From Eledone cirrhosa (lineage: Eukaryota), in the NCBI GenBank assembly GCA_964016885.1, contig OZ024749.1, positions 38,130,001 to 38,194,000 of the forward strand: a stretch of DNA of 64,000 nucleotides, in the 5' to 3' direction. The stretch's first letter is position 1; the number at the start of each line of letters is the position of its first letter. A model generated the notes under the pieces. It was not told the origin of the DNA. It saw nothing but the letters and a program-made list of their open reading frames with translations, and searched no databases. Shown here piece by piece: positions 14,334 through 29,316 of the stretch. The translations under genes and the position numbers were made by a program.

Positions 14334-14639
14334 AATATAAATAAATATATATATATATATATATGTTATATTCCTATATATGTATATATTCATGTTCTGG
14401 CTGTTGTTATTTATGTCTGAGAAACTAATGATGAAAATAAACACAAAAACATACGTTATCTTCCTTATTACATCTCTCACTTCACTACTTACTAATAGAT
14501 GGCGCTTCACTATTGCAAGTGATGCATATAGTTGTTTACCTGTGTTGTTGTTGTTTTTATTGTTATTGTTGTTTAGTTGTGTTGTTAGTGATGCTGTAGT
14601 CTGCAGACTTTATTGCTCTACTTGTTGTGGAAGTCGTTG

Positions 14640-17600
14640 GTGATGGTGATGATGATGGTGATGGTGATGATGGTGGTCATGGTGGTGTATGGTGGTGATG
14701 ACAATGGTGATGATGGTGGTGGTGGTGGTTGTGATGGTGATAGTGATGGCGGTGCTGATGGTGGTGGTGGTGATGGTGGTGGTGATGGTGATGATGCTTG
14801 TGGTGTGATTGGGTTGATAGTGATGCCGATGATGATGATGGTGGCGGTGATGGTGGTGGTGGTGGTGATGGCAGTGCTGGTTGTGATGATGGTTGTGACG
14901 ACGATGATTGGGTTGGCAGCGATGATGACGATGATGGTGCCAGTGGTGATGGTGGTGATGGTTATGGCGGCGCTGGTTGGTGATGATGGTTGTGGTGATG
15001 ATGATGGTGATGGTGTTGATGGTGATGATGGTGCCAGTGGTGATGGTGGTGATGGTGTTGATGGTTATGGCGGCGGCGCTGGTTGGTGATGATGGTTGTG
15101 GTGATGATGATGGTGATGGTGGTGTTGATGGTGTTGACGGTGCCAGTTGTGATGGTGGTGTTGGTTATGGCGGCGCTGGTTGGTGATGATGGTTGTGGTG
15201 ATGATGATGGTGATGGTGTTGATGGTGATGATGGTGCCAGTGGTGATGGTGGTGATGGTGGTGATGGTTATGGCGGCGGCGCTGGTTGGTGATGATGGTT
15301 GTGGTGATGATGATGGTGATGGTGTTGATGGTGATGATGGTGCCAGTGGTGATGGTGGTGATGGTGGTGATGGTTATGGCGGCGGCGCTAGTTGGTGATG
15401 ATGGTTGTGGTGATGATGATGGTGATGGTGGTGTTGATGGTGTTGATGGTGCCAGTTGTGATGGTGGTGATGGTTATGGCGGCGGCGCTGGTTGGTGATG
15501 ATGGTTGTGGTTATGATGATGGTGATGGTGGTGTTGATGGTGTTGATGGTGCCAGTGGTGATGGTGGTGATGGTTATGGCGGCGGCGCTGGTTGGTGATG
15601 ATGGTTGTGGTGATGATGATGGTGGTGTTGATGGTGTTGATGGTGTTGATGGTGCCAGTTGTGATGGTGGTGATGGTTATGGCGGCGGCGCTGGTTGGTG
15701 ATGATGGTTGTGGTTATGATGATGGTGATGGTGGTGTTGATGGTGTTGATGGTGCCAGTTGTGATGGTGGTGATGGTTATGGCGGCGGCGCTGGTTGGTG
15801 ATGATGGTTGTGGTGATGATTGGGCTGGTTGTGATGTTGATGATGGTTGTAGTTATTATGATAATGGCGGTGATGATGGTGTGGTAGTGATGATGTCGCT
15901 GTTAATAGTGATGGTGTTGTTGATGATGATGGTGGGTTGATTTCTAATAGTGACGCTGATGTCCTTGTTGTTGTTGTTGTCGCTGTTGTCGTTGTTGTTG
16001 TTGTTGTAGATATTGGTGATGGTGATGATGCTTGTGGTGTGATTGGGTTGATAGTGATGCCGATGATGATGGTGGCGGTGATGGTGGTGGTGGTGATGAT
16101 AGTGATGGTGTTGTTGATGATGATGGTGGGTTGATTTCTAATAGTGACGCTGATGTCCTTGTTGTTGTTGTTGTCGCTGTTGCTGTTGTCGTTGTTGTTG
16201 TTGTTGTTGTAGATATTGGTGATGGTGATGATGCTTGTGGTGTGATTGGGTTGATAGTGATGCCGATGATGATGGTGGCGGTGATGGTGGTGGTGGTGGT
16301 GATGGCAGTGCTGGTTGTGATGATGGTTGTGACGACGATGATTAGGTTGGCAGCGATGATGACGATGATGGTGCCAGTGGTGATGGTGGTGATGGTTATG
16401 GCGGCGCTGGTTGGTGATGATGGTTGTGGTGATGATGATGGTGATGATGTTGATGGTGCCAGTGGTGATGGTGGTGATGGTTATGGCGGCGGCGCTGGTT
16501 GGTGATGATGGTTGTGGTTATGATGATGGTGATGGTGGTGTTGATGGTGTTGATGGTGCCAGTTGTGATGGTGGTGATGGTTATGGCGGCGGCGCTGGTT
16601 GGTGATGATGGTTGTGGTTATGATGATGGTGATGGTGGTGTTGATGGTGTTGATGGTGCCAGTTGTGATGGTGGTGATGGTTATGGCGGCGGCGCTGGTT
16701 GGTGATGATGGTTGTGGTTATGATGATGGTGATGGTGGTGTTGATGGTGTTGATGGTGCCAGTTGTGATGGTGGTGATGGTTATGGCGGCGGCGCTGGTT
16801 GGTGATGATGGTTGTGGTGATGATGATGGTGATGGTGGTGTTGATGGTGTTGATGGTGCCAGTTGTGATGGTGGTGATGGTTATGGCGGCGGCGCTGGTT
16901 GGTGATGATGGTTGTGTTGATGATTGGGCTGGTTGTGATGTTGATGATGGTTGTAGTTATTATGATAATGGCGGTGATGATGGTGTGGTAGTGATGATGT
17001 CGCTGTTAATAGTGATGGTGTTGTTGATGATGATGGTGGGTTGATTTCTAATAGTGACGCTGATGTCCTTGTTGTTGTTGTTGTCGCTGTTGTCGTTGTT
17101 GTTGTTGTTGTTGTAGATATTGGTGATGGTGATGATGCTTGTGGTGTGATTGGGTTGATAGTGATGCCGATGATGATGGTGGCGGTGATGGTGGTGGTGG
17201 TGATGATGGTGATGGTGTTGTTGATGATGATGGTGGGTTGATTTCTAATAGTGACGCTGATGTCCTTGTTGTTGTTGTTGTCGCTGTTGTCGTTGTTGTT
17301 GTTGTTGTTGTAGATATTGGTGATGGTGATGATGCTTGTGGTGTGATTGGGTTGATAGTGATGCCGATGATGATGGTGGCGGTGATGGTGGTGGTGGTGA
17401 TGATGGTGATGGTGTTGTTGATGATGATGGTGGGTTGATTTCTAATAGTGACGCTGATGTCCTTGTTGTTGTTGTTGTCGCTGTTGTCGTTGTTGTTGTT
17501 GTTGTTGTAGATATTGGTGATGGTGATGATGCTTGTGGTGTGATTGGGTTGATAGTGATGCCGATGATGATGGTGGCGGTGATGGTGGTGGTGGTGATGA

Positions 17601-17722
17601 TGGTGATGGTGTTGTTGATGATGATGGTGGGTTGATTTCTAATAGTGACGCTGATGTCCTTGTTGTTGTTGTTGTCGCTGTTGCTGCTGTCGTTGTTGTT
17701 GTTGTTGTTGTAGATATTGGTG
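14640..17722. repeat. Complex (GAT/GGT/GTT)-based satellite with ~100-bp and 197-bp higher-order units
   Basis: ggttatggcggcggcgctggttggtgatg recurs every ~100-106 bp. ttgatttctaatagtgacgctgatgtcc recurs every 197 bp at 17041-17660. Confidence 0.95.
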
Positions 17723-17977
17723 TTTCTTTATAGGACTGAATATTTTCTTTCTTTTTCTATGTACAAAATACATCTTGTAAAATATAACACAACAAGCATT
17801 GACGTAGATAAGTATAAATGTATATATACATACACTTACACACACACATATATATACACACACATACTCACACACACACATTCACAAACACACATACTCA
17901 CACACACACATTTACAAACACACATACACACACACCCATACACTCACACACACATACATACATACACACACATACAC

Positions 17978-18016
<39 letters not shown>

Positions 18017-18102
18017 CATACTTACATATATATACATATGTATATATGTATATATATATATGTATATACATATCTATATACATACATATATATACATATA
18101 TG

Positions 18103-18140
<38 letters not shown>

Positions 18141-18169
18141 CTATATACATACATATATATACATATATG

Positions 18170-18221
<52 letters not shown>

Positions 18222-18303
18222 CTATATACATACATATATATACATATATGTTATATATATATATATATATTTACATATATATATGTATACATACATACAT
18301 ACA

Positions 18304-18335
<32 letters not shown>

Positions 18336-18454
18336 CATACATATATATGCATATATATATATGTATATACATATCTATATACATACATATATATACATAT
18401 ATGTTATATATATATATATACATATCTGTATACATACATATATATACATATATG

Positions 18455-18488
<34 letters not shown>

Positions 18489-18516
18489 GTATACATACAT
18501 ATATATACATATATGT

Positions 18517-18549
<33 letters not shown>

Positions 18550-18578
18550 CTGTATACATACATATATATACATATATG

Positions 18579-18671
<93 letters not shown>

Positions 18672-19347
18672 CGGAAATACAGTGGACTGTACTGTTGAAA
18701 GAGATATAATTACTGTCTTGTTTTCGATGACATTTTAAGGGAAGGAGGTAAAAAAATTAAGATAAATTCGTTTTTGAAAATGGACTTAAATTAATTGAAG
18801 CTGTCGACTTGTAAGGGTGCAAAGAAAAGGAGCAGCAACGAGCTGCTAGAAATAGCAGTGAAATTTCATTTAGATTTAACTCAACAGGATGTCAAATATC
18901 CGTCGGTTCAGAAGATGAGTGTTCCAGTCGAGCCAAGAACAGAAAAGCCTACTCATGAAATTTACATGTATTTACAAGCATCTGAGCATAACACAGACAC
19001 GTATCTCCTTTATTCAGTTAATGTCTATTGCCTTTATATATAATGAAAATCCACGATATACATTCACACACACACGCACAGACACACCAATATATATATG
19101 TGTGTATATAAGCATATATGTATGTATATACATATATACTCACACAGACACACACACACATATCTATATATATATATTTCGTTTCTGAATTTGTTTAGCA
19201 AGATTCTTTATCTGAAATCGTGTGTTGAAACCGATATTGTTATACTTTGGGAGGGCATGCGCAAACTAAGCACACAACACACACACAGAAACAAAATGGC
19301 GTAGGACAGAAGAAAGGAAAGGCACAGAAACAAAGAAAGGAATCCCC

Positions 19348-19392
19348 AGTCACTGAGGAGGTCACAGAGTGTGTGACGAAAGGACTATGACT
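19348..19392 (+). ncRNA. Minimal type I hammerhead ribozyme within fold-back element ~19178-19556
   Basis: AGTCA-CTGAGGA-G-GTCACA-GAGTG-TGTGAC-GAAA-GGAC-TA-TGACT. Stems I and II are perfect. The element has inverted ends (atattgttatactttgggaggg / ccctcccaaagtataacaatat), with a related copy at ~60165-60260. Confidence 0.8.
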
Positions 19393-19550
19393 ATATATAA
19401 ACAACTATCTGGTTGTGGAACCAACCAACCAACCAGAAATTTATAAATTTGTAGATTTGTAAATTTATAAATTTATAAATATATAATAAATTGAAGTGAA
19501 ATCAAATGGTGCGTGTGTTTCTTATTGGCAACATGACCCTCCCAAAGTAT

Positions 19551-19586
<36 letters not shown>

Positions 19587-19603
19587 GGTAATATACATAC
19601 AAA

Positions 19604-19704
19604 CAGTGTGTCCACAAAAAAATGTATATACACTTCAATAGCATGCTAATAATTATTGCCTGTACAGGTAATCAAAATATGTATATATTTTTTGCGACAC
19701 GCTG
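19604..19704. mobile_element. Tc1/mariner-type MITE
   Basis: Imperfect ~28-bp TIRs cagtgtgtccacaaaaaaatgtatatac / gtatatattttttgcgacacgctg, followed by TA. Confidence 0.6.
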
Positions 19705-19928
19705 TATATATAGGTATACACTGGGGGGTGCACATACACATATAATATAAAAAAGAATGGGACAGAGAAAGAAGGAACTAGTTCTTGCATTGTATCAATA
19801 AGGATCAATATGTTTTCAACTGTATTGATATATTATATATATATATATTCCAGTTCTACCAACTGTTGAGAGCTACTTAGCTTATATATGCATTGTTTTA
19901 TTGTTCTACAATATTACTCACATTCTAC

Positions 19929-19983
<55 letters not shown>

Positions 19984-19985
<2 letters not shown>

Positions 19986-20135
19986 GAGTAGTCTAATTAG
20001 TCCAGAATTAGCCGTCGAAACGGCCTGAGCTCAGCCGTCGGGGTCCTACTCGTTCCTATTACCCACTCTACTACCCTAAGTTTTGAGTACGTTGGTGCGT
20101 TATCGTCCACCTGGTTCCTTACCACATTTCCTTCG

Positions 20136-20167
<32 letters not shown>

Positions 20168-20370
20168 CGGAGGAAATGTGGTAAGGAACCAGGTGGACCA
20201 TAACGCACCAAAGTATTGAATACTTAGTGTAGTAGAGTGGGTAATAGGAACGAGTAGGACCCCGACGGCTGAGCTCAGGCCGTTTCGACGGCTAATTCTG
20301 GACAAAATTTAGTCCAGAATTAGCCGTCGAAACGGCTTGAGCTCAGCCGTCGGGGTCCTACTCGTTCCTA
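19984..20370. mobile_element. Two adjacent family B fold-back insertions (19984-20138 and 20165-20370) in (TA)n
   Basis: ~140-bp unit tagtccagaattagccgtcgaaacggc...gttccta+tail...ttccttcgtta, present in both orientations. Confidence 0.85.
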
Positions 20371-20400
20371 TATATATATATATAAATATATATATATATA

Positions 20401-20436
<36 letters not shown>

Positions 20437-20717
20437 TATATGTATGTATCTATATATATACATATATGTATATTTATATACCTATATATATATATATAGA
20501 GAGAGATATCTATATATATACATATATGTATAATTATATATATATAAATATATATAAATATATGTATATATCTATATATATATATAGATATATGTATATA
20601 TCTATATATATATATATATATGTATATTTATATATATATATAGATATAGATATATGTATATATCTATATATATACATATATGTATATTTATATATATATA
20701 TAGATATATATATATAC

Positions 20718-20810
<93 letters not shown>

Positions 20811-20812
20811 CG

Positions 20813-20897
<85 letters not shown>

Positions 20898-21047
20898 AAT
20901 TCGCTCCACGTCCTTTTCTTCTTTAAGTTTACCATATTATTATTTGTGGTATATAAATGTCGAGATTTGCTGAAATAAATCACTGCCAATACAGGAATTG
21001 AAATATCAAAACCGTGGAGGTATGTCATATATCAAATCATATATTTT

Positions 21048-21101
21048 ATCTGACGAGGACGTACTGAAAAAACAACACAGTACCTTCGAAATATATATAA
21101 T
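21048..21101 (+). ncRNA. Hammerhead motif whose stem I is cut by a SINE
   Basis: CTGACGA-GGA.GTACTG...CAGTAC.TTC-GAAA-TATATA-TA-AT, followed directly by SINE sequence. Confidence 0.6.
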
Positions 21102-21266
21102 TGTTTCTACTTTTGGCACAAAGCCAGTGTATTACTGGTACTTTATTTTATCGACCCCGTAAGGATGAAAGGCAAAGTTAACCTCGGCGGGATTTGAACT
21201 CAGATCATAAAGGGAGGTAACTCTATGCTTCAAAGCATGACGCCCGACCATCTACCGATACTGCCA
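21099..21266 (-). mobile_element. tRNA-derived SINE (main family)
   Basis: Matches the reverse complement of the full-length copy at 59859-60039. Confidence 0.9.
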
Positions 21267-21967
21267 GATATATATATATATATATGCATGCAAACACAGA
21301 TTCCGTAGGGCTTACCTCGCCTTCAAACCCCATAATGACCCGGGGGGGGGGGGGGGGTAGACAAGGGCTGTAACACCCCACTTGCCGACTTTGTAATGGG
21401 TAACCCCTGCTTACAAAGGTAGACGTAAGATTTTCTTATATATTTTTTATCGTTTCCTCTATATTTCCTCCTTCCACCCATCCTCTCCTAGTCGTTCCAC
21501 CCAGTTCTCTTTCTTTGTAGTCGTTCTTTTCACCTTCTCGCCTACCCCTCAGTACCTCCACCCCACCCCCTATTCTATGATAGAATTGGCCGACTCCGCT
21601 TTTTATAGATGTGCTAGACCCCAGATACTTGCTTTCTTATCCGATTGCTGCCCCATTTCCGTGATTTCTAGATTTCTTAGTGGTATCTCTGCTTTAGTTT
21701 CTCGTATATCAGTATTTACTTATTGTTTCGACTTCCTCCCCCCTTCCCCCTCTCTAGTATACTTCTCTTGACCTCTTATCCTTAGCATTCTGCTGTAGTT
21801 GTCACTTTCAACGCACGACTGGGTTTCCTCCACTCCCTCTCCCTCTTTCTTCTACTGGCAAATTCAGCTACCACTTCCTTCCACAAAATGCCATGATAGA
21901 ATTATGTGTCTCAACAACAAACTGTTGACCAATCCTTGTGACAATCACTTTTACCATATATGGAATT

Positions 21968-22063
21968 ACCCCCTGAGAATCTCGGCTATTCATTTACCAG
22001 GATAAACATTTTCATTTAGTCCAGAATTAGCCGTAGAAACGGCTTGAGCTCAGCCGTCGGGGT
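21968..22063 (+). ncRNA. Complete family B type I hammerhead (element ends at 22077)
   Basis: ACCCC-CTGAGAA-stem II (CGGCTA.TTC/GAA.TAGCCG, large loop)-GAAA-CGGCT-TGAGCTC-AGCCG-TC-GGGGT. GUC site. This copy has a C3/A8 mismatch. Confidence 0.75.
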
Positions 22064-22193
22064 CCTACTCGTTCCTATATATATATATATATATATGTCA
22101 TTATTATTATTTTTCATATATAACACAATTTGAACAGAAACCCTTAATCTTCCAGAATGTTGATAATGTTGTGTGTATGCTTATATTTATATA

Positions 22194-22289
<96 letters not shown>

Positions 22290-22884
22290 ATTATATTTTA
22301 TCTTATCATTCATTTTGAGAATACATACGTGAAGTATTGGAAAATTATATTTTGAATATAATGAGGAAGCCATTACCATGCTGAATATTGATGACATATA
22401 TGATATTGATTCATCGTACACTTCATATTTCGAGTGAAATACTCATACTCAAGAATATATTCCAGCACGGTTATCCATCCATAATTCTAATTACACAAGA
22501 CTGTCATGCTAGATTTTGTACACCTAATTCAAATAGACCAATATCGTTTCAGATTTTATGAATTCGTTGCCTATAGCCTTTCTTAGTGGAATCAGTTTTC
22601 GGATAACATTTCATGACAGTTTTATTCAATTTCTTCGTCAGCAGGTTTCTGCCTCGTTCCTTCTTCTCCCTCGGACTAAAGTAGTAGTTAGATGAGGGCT
22701 GAGACCCACTTGCCGGGCCAGAGAATATTTGCAAGGTGAGAGCTCTTTACATGAAGTTTCAGCCTCCTTTACACCGCTATTTGGACTATTTATGTTCGAG
22801 ATTTAAGCTCACATAGAGAGGATTAATGATTACCACATCGTGTCAAATATAAAAGCAACAACATTAACTATCACTACTACTAAT

Positions 22885-23062
22885 GCAAGAGTGAGTCATA
22901 CAAAATACAGAGTTGCTGGGCACAGCTAGGATATTGCGGACGGATTTGTCTCTGTTGGCAATTGAGAAAGGACGACGTAACCCTTGATCGTGTTGTTAGC
23001 CGCTTGCGTAGAAAGGAAACCAGAGATTTAATACAAATTGTCAGTGTTCATGTTCAATAATA
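22885..23062 (+). mobile_element. Short 3' remnant of an R4/Dong-like LINE
   Basis: Reads IQNTELLGTARILRTDL (compare LQKACLLGTARTLR near 37560). Degenerate TAA/TAC tracts on both sides. Confidence 0.6.
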
Positions 23063-23190
23063 ACAACACAATAAACAAGTATATATACAAACAATAAATA
23101 TATAAAAGAGATCAAATTAAACTTTAAAATAAAATTATACTTAAATAATAATTGTAAGTAATAAATGATAAATAAATTAAATACCAATTA

Positions 23191-23519
23191 TCTATATATC
23201 TAAAACAGAGAATGTCTGTCTTTCTGTCTGATTGCCTAAAACACGAGAACCACTCAACCGATTGTTTTCAAACTTTACACATGTAATACTTATGGTCCTG
23301 TGAGTGTTTTGAGCAAAAATATTTCAAAATTTCATTGCCATAGGGACCACATTAGGCGATTTAGCGATCCCTCTCTATAATTCTTAGTCTTTCTTTTTAG
23401 ATAGATACATAGATATAACGTTGCACCCTTATAATATCTCTCTGTATGTCTGGCTGTCTGCATTACGACATTATGACGTCGTTATCTGTGTGTGTGTATA
23501 TTTATGTATATATAGTGTG

Positions 23520-23589
<70 letters not shown>

Positions 23590-23985
23590 CAATGGGGAGA
23601 AGAATACTGCAGGTTGCACATGGATAACATGTAATAAAATGAGTCCCTCATCAGTGATTTGCCGACGATATATATATATATATATATATATAGTGTGTGT
23701 AACGTTTTTCGAAATATTTACTTCTGCGTTCACAGATTGATTTTTATAGTTTCAGAAGATCCCGTAAAGGGTGAAAGCAGCGATTTTTTGCTTAAACTTT
23801 AATCTGTTATTTTAATATATATATATATACATATAATTATATATTCGTGTATAGATATTTTTGCATACACAATAACAAAATATAAACAAACGTATTTATT
23901 TCACGAGGCTCGATAAGGATAAATATATATCAAATATATAAGAACCCTAGAGCAAATCCCGAGCAACGCTGTGCCATTCTGCTAG
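23191..23985 (+). mobile_element. Non-autonomous Helitron with nested (TA)n tracts and fragments
   Basis: A|TCTATATAT start, (GTCT)n near the 5' end, subterminal cccgagcaacgc motif, CTAG|T end. Confidence 0.7.
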
Positions 23986-24342
23986 TGGTTTTATAAAATA
24001 ACAGAAAATTGTAGTCAAACAGTTTAAAATACAACAGAAGATTGCCCAAAATAAATAAATGACAAGTCCTGTAAAGCCCGAAAACTAAATTCTTGATTGC
24101 AATGTCCAGCTTGTTTGTCGATTATATTGTGTTAAGTAAAAAATATATTTCAATAGCGTCTCTTACGTTTTATCAAGTAAAAATGTATTTTTAAACTGTG
24201 TCTCTTATGTTTTCAGAAATAAAAATAATATTTAAATAGTGCATAAGGACTGTTTGTACTTGTATGTGTGTATTATTTTGTGTTTGTGTGTGTGATTGAT
24301 TGTTTGTGCGTGTGCGTGATTGAGCGTGTATGTGTGTCTGTA

Positions 24343-24436
<94 letters not shown>

Positions 24437-25643
24437 AGTGTGTGTGTCTTTGTGCATGATGTGACTCGTTGGTAGTGGCAGTGATGGCGAAGAAGTCAAA
24501 GACATGATTCTTCTATGATTTTTACTTCAACATTTCGAATATGAGGACTATTTGCGAATGTGTGTATGTGTGTATCATTGCATGTGTTTGTATAGGTGTG
24601 TTTGTGTATGTGTGTGCTTGTGTGCATGTCAATGTTTCTCTGTATGTGTGTTAATGTTTTTTGTCATTTTACGTTAATGTGTTTGTGCGTGTGTGTGTTA
24701 GTTAATCATTAGTTGAGGTAGTGGAGGAGGGAAGTACATTATTCTTTTATGACTTTTTACTTTAAACTTTACAAACAAGGACTATTTGCACGTATCTGTA
24801 TGTGTGTATGTCTGTGTTCAGAGCTATGAGTATATGTGTATGATAGTGCGTCTGTGTGTGTGTGTGAGAGAGAGAGTCTTCAAACATAAAGACTATTTGC
24901 ACGCGCCCGCATGTATGTATCATTTACTGGCTGTGAATGTATGTTTATGTGTTTGAGTGTTTGTGTGTCTGCCTGCATGAGTTTGTCACTGTTAGTATAT
25001 ATGGTTGTGCTTGAATATTTCTGTGCGTCTGCCTCGATGAGTTTGTGACTGTGGGTATATTTGTATGTGTGTAAGAGAATCACGAGTAGTAATGGTAGTG
25101 GCGGAGGAGGGGAAAATGATTATTTTATGATTTTAACTTCAAATTTTCTAAAACAAATTGAAATCTTTTGAAGAGTTATGTTTGTATATGTTTTATTTTA
25201 TTATTATTTTTTTCATTATTTGTTTTGCCTTGAGTTTATTGACTTTCTTTGTTTCGTTATATTTTCCTTTTGCTTTTGATTGTAAATTCAAGATGGCTGT
25301 CGTAGTAATATTTCTCTCCAGCGCCTTCGCTGCCATGACAAATATTTCATAAAAAATATTAGTTTTCAAACCGTAGCCCATTCCTAATTACTCAGACGAC
25401 AGAATTACATTTGGTTTGGATTAGTTTTCTTGGCTTTCCTCTTACGTCTTATACGCTTGCCTTACTTCAACTGGTGCTAATGTTGGTGTTACTATAGCTG
25501 CTGCTCCTGTTGGTGTTGTTGTTATTGTTGTTGTTGTTGTTGCTATTCCTGTTGTTGGTGTCGTTGCCAATGTTGTTGCAAATACTACCGTTGTTGGTGA
25601 TGTTGATCTTGTTGTGAGTAGTGTCGGTATTATTATTTTTAGA

Positions 25644-26062
25644 GCGGTGGGATTGGAATTAGGGTCCTTTATATTCTGAGTTCAAATCCCACCGAGGTTA
25701 ACTTTGCCTTTCAAACTTGCGGGGTCGATTAAATAAAGTACCAGTAACGTTTTAATCGTTTTAATCGACTTTCTCTGGGGTCGTATTAATCGACACCCCC
25801 CCCCCCCCCCCCAAAAAAAAAAAATTACTGGCCTTGTGCGTATACTAGAAATCATTTTTTAGGGCAGTGGAATTGGCAGTATCGGTAGCGAGTCAGACAC
25901 CATGCTTTGCAACATAGAGTTATAAACCCTTTAGGTTCTCGGTTTAATCCCGCCGAGTTTAATTAACTTTGCCTTTCATCTTTACGGGGTCGATCAAATA
26001 AAGTACCAGTAATGCACTGGTTAAATGCTGGTCTTGTGCCTAAAGTAAAAACAATTATTATT
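25644..26062 (+). mobile_element. Two tandem tRNA-derived SINE copies
   Basis: B box gagttcaaatccc, core ctttgcctttca...ggggtcgat..aataaagtaccagt, tail ggccttgtgc...aaacaatt. Confidence 0.85.
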
Positions 26063-26308
26063 TTTTGGAGGTGTTGCTAATGTTGGTGCAAATCTTGTTG
26101 TTGGTGTTGTTAGAGTTGTTGATAATCGTGTTACTGGTGGTGTTATTAGCGGTGATGCTAATGCATGTAGACGTTGAAGAGATTTGTTTTTCCAAACGAA
26201 TTGTATAGGCCTTATTAGAAAATATGAGAAATGACAAAATGAAATTAAAACTAGGAAGTAGTCGTTATTTTAGACCGATACACACGCATGGGAAAATAAA
26301 TATATATG

Positions 26309-26377
<69 letters not shown>

Positions 26378-26451
26378 ACATACATATATATATATATGTA
26401 TATATACATACATATATATATATATATACATACATATATATATACATACAT

Positions 26452-26548
<97 letters not shown>

Positions 26549-26603
26549 CATATATATATATATATACATACATATATACATTCATATATATATATATACA
26601 TAC

Positions 26604-26636
<33 letters not shown>

Positions 26637-26657
26637 CATACATATATATATACATAC

Positions 26658-26690
<33 letters not shown>

Positions 26691-26830
26691 CATACATATA
26701 TATATATATACATACATATATATATACAAACATAAATACATATATATATACATACATACATACATATATATATACATACATACATATATATATATATATA
26801 CATACATACATATATATATATATACATACA

Positions 26831-26886
<56 letters not shown>

Positions 26887-26982
26887 TATATATATAATAT
26901 ATATCATATTGAGTCGTCAAGTATGAAATTTGTAAACATTTCTTGAAAGAAAACAAATTTCTACAAACTTCATACTTTACAA

Positions 26983-27044
<62 letters not shown>

Positions 27045-27339
27045 TTGTGTGTTTGTGCGTTTATACATAACTCATACACACACACATATATATATATATG
27101 GAGGAGGAGGGGGGTTTCTTGTGTATGTGTATGTGTGTGTGTGTGTGTGCGAGTTTGTGTGTTATATATAAACACACACACAAACACTTACACCCACACA
27201 CATATATATGGTATCTATGCCTTCTATTTTATCTAAATCTATCAGCTTCCGGTTCTTTATTGCTGCAATCAAACTCAACTGAATTTAAAATGAATTCTAG
27301 AATTAATTTCATCATATAATTATTTATCACTTAGTAATA

Positions 27340-27442
27340 CAATTGTTTCTACTTTTGGCACAAGGCCAGCAATTACACAGTGTGTTACTGGTACTTTATT
27401 TTATCGACCCCGTAAGGATTGAAGGCAGAGTTAACCTCGGCG
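27340..27442 (-). mobile_element. 5'-truncated SINE
   Basis: Matches the 3' half of the main SINE family. Confidence 0.85.
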
Positions 27443-27748
27443 TAATATAATAGCTTCACAAGTCTACTTGATCTACACTATAGCACTTGGTGTAACTGGC
27501 TGTTACACTGAGTACACATTCTACCTGGCATCTCAGATGTTTGCCTGTATACTATATAATATAAATATTTGGCTAAAACATATATTAAGCATTTACGTGT
27601 ATGATTGTGAATATTTGTGACTGTATACAAAACTGGAATTCTATAATACGATTCAGTTTTTATCAGCCATACAGAAGCAAGCATATCTATACAAATATAC
27701 ATTGACGAACATAATCCCTTCAGGCTCAATAAACATACACCACACAAA

Positions 27749-27789
<41 letters not shown>

Positions 27790-27808
27790 TCATGCACACT
27801 CATATATA

Positions 27809-27871
<63 letters not shown>

Positions 27872-27965
27872 TTATATATATATATATATGTTTATATGTG
27901 TGAGTGTATATATATACACACTCACACATATAAACATATAAACATATATATATATAAATATATAA

Positions 27966-28117
<152 letters not shown>

Positions 28118-28543
28118 TGTGCATGAGTGGGAAAGCGTGTTTGTGTGAGTGTGTTAGTGTAGTGTATATATGTATATCTTTACATATTATATAGTGGTAT
28201 TGTATATTATGAAATATCGTTGCTTTGTATATTGTTTCATATATATATATATATATATATTATATTAATGCAGTTTTATACCCAATGTATAAATTGAGCT
28301 TTGTAACAAAGGACTTCTAGAAGGTATATGAGGTCGATTTTATATAATGTATGGTATTTAAATAAATATGACAGTTAAATGAAAAGAAAATAGTCCGTAC
28401 TAATCGTGACGTCAGAATAAAACGGCAACACATGTTCAAGCAGATTAATACTCATGGACAAAAAATGGTTTGAATCGAGAAGAAAGAGAATTGTCAGATA
28501 AATACGCAGTAAAGAATAAGTAAACAAACACGCCCACACGCAC

Positions 28544-28574
<31 letters not shown>

Positions 28575-28695
28575 ATAAAATATCACAGTCCCCCTCTCTC
28601 TCTTTCTCTGCCTCTCTATATATATGTATATTATATATATATTATATATATATATATATTATATATATATATACTATATATATATATATATATAC

Positions 28696-28784
<89 letters not shown>

Positions 28785-28817
28785 TATATATATATATACA
28801 TATATACATATATATAC

Positions 28818-28888
<71 letters not shown>

Positions 28889-28929
28889 TATACATATATA
28901 TATACATATATATACATATATATACATAC

Positions 28930-28962
<33 letters not shown>

Positions 28963-28977
28963 CATATATATACATAC

Positions 28978-29010
<33 letters not shown>

Positions 29011-29086
29011 AATATACATATATATACATACATATATATACATATATTTATATATATATACATATATATACATACATATATATACA

Positions 29087-29120
<34 letters not shown>

Positions 29121-29267
29121 CATATATACATATATATAGATATACATATACATATACATATATATATATATACATATATATAGATATACATATACATATA
29201 CATATATATATACATATACATATACATATATATATACATATACATATACATATATATATACATATAC

Positions 29268-29316
<49 letters not shown>

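Noticed and set aside
14613-17733. Gly/Asp- and Met/Val-rich ORFs
   Set aside because: Triplet satellite with 100-bp units that shift frame. No splice evidence.
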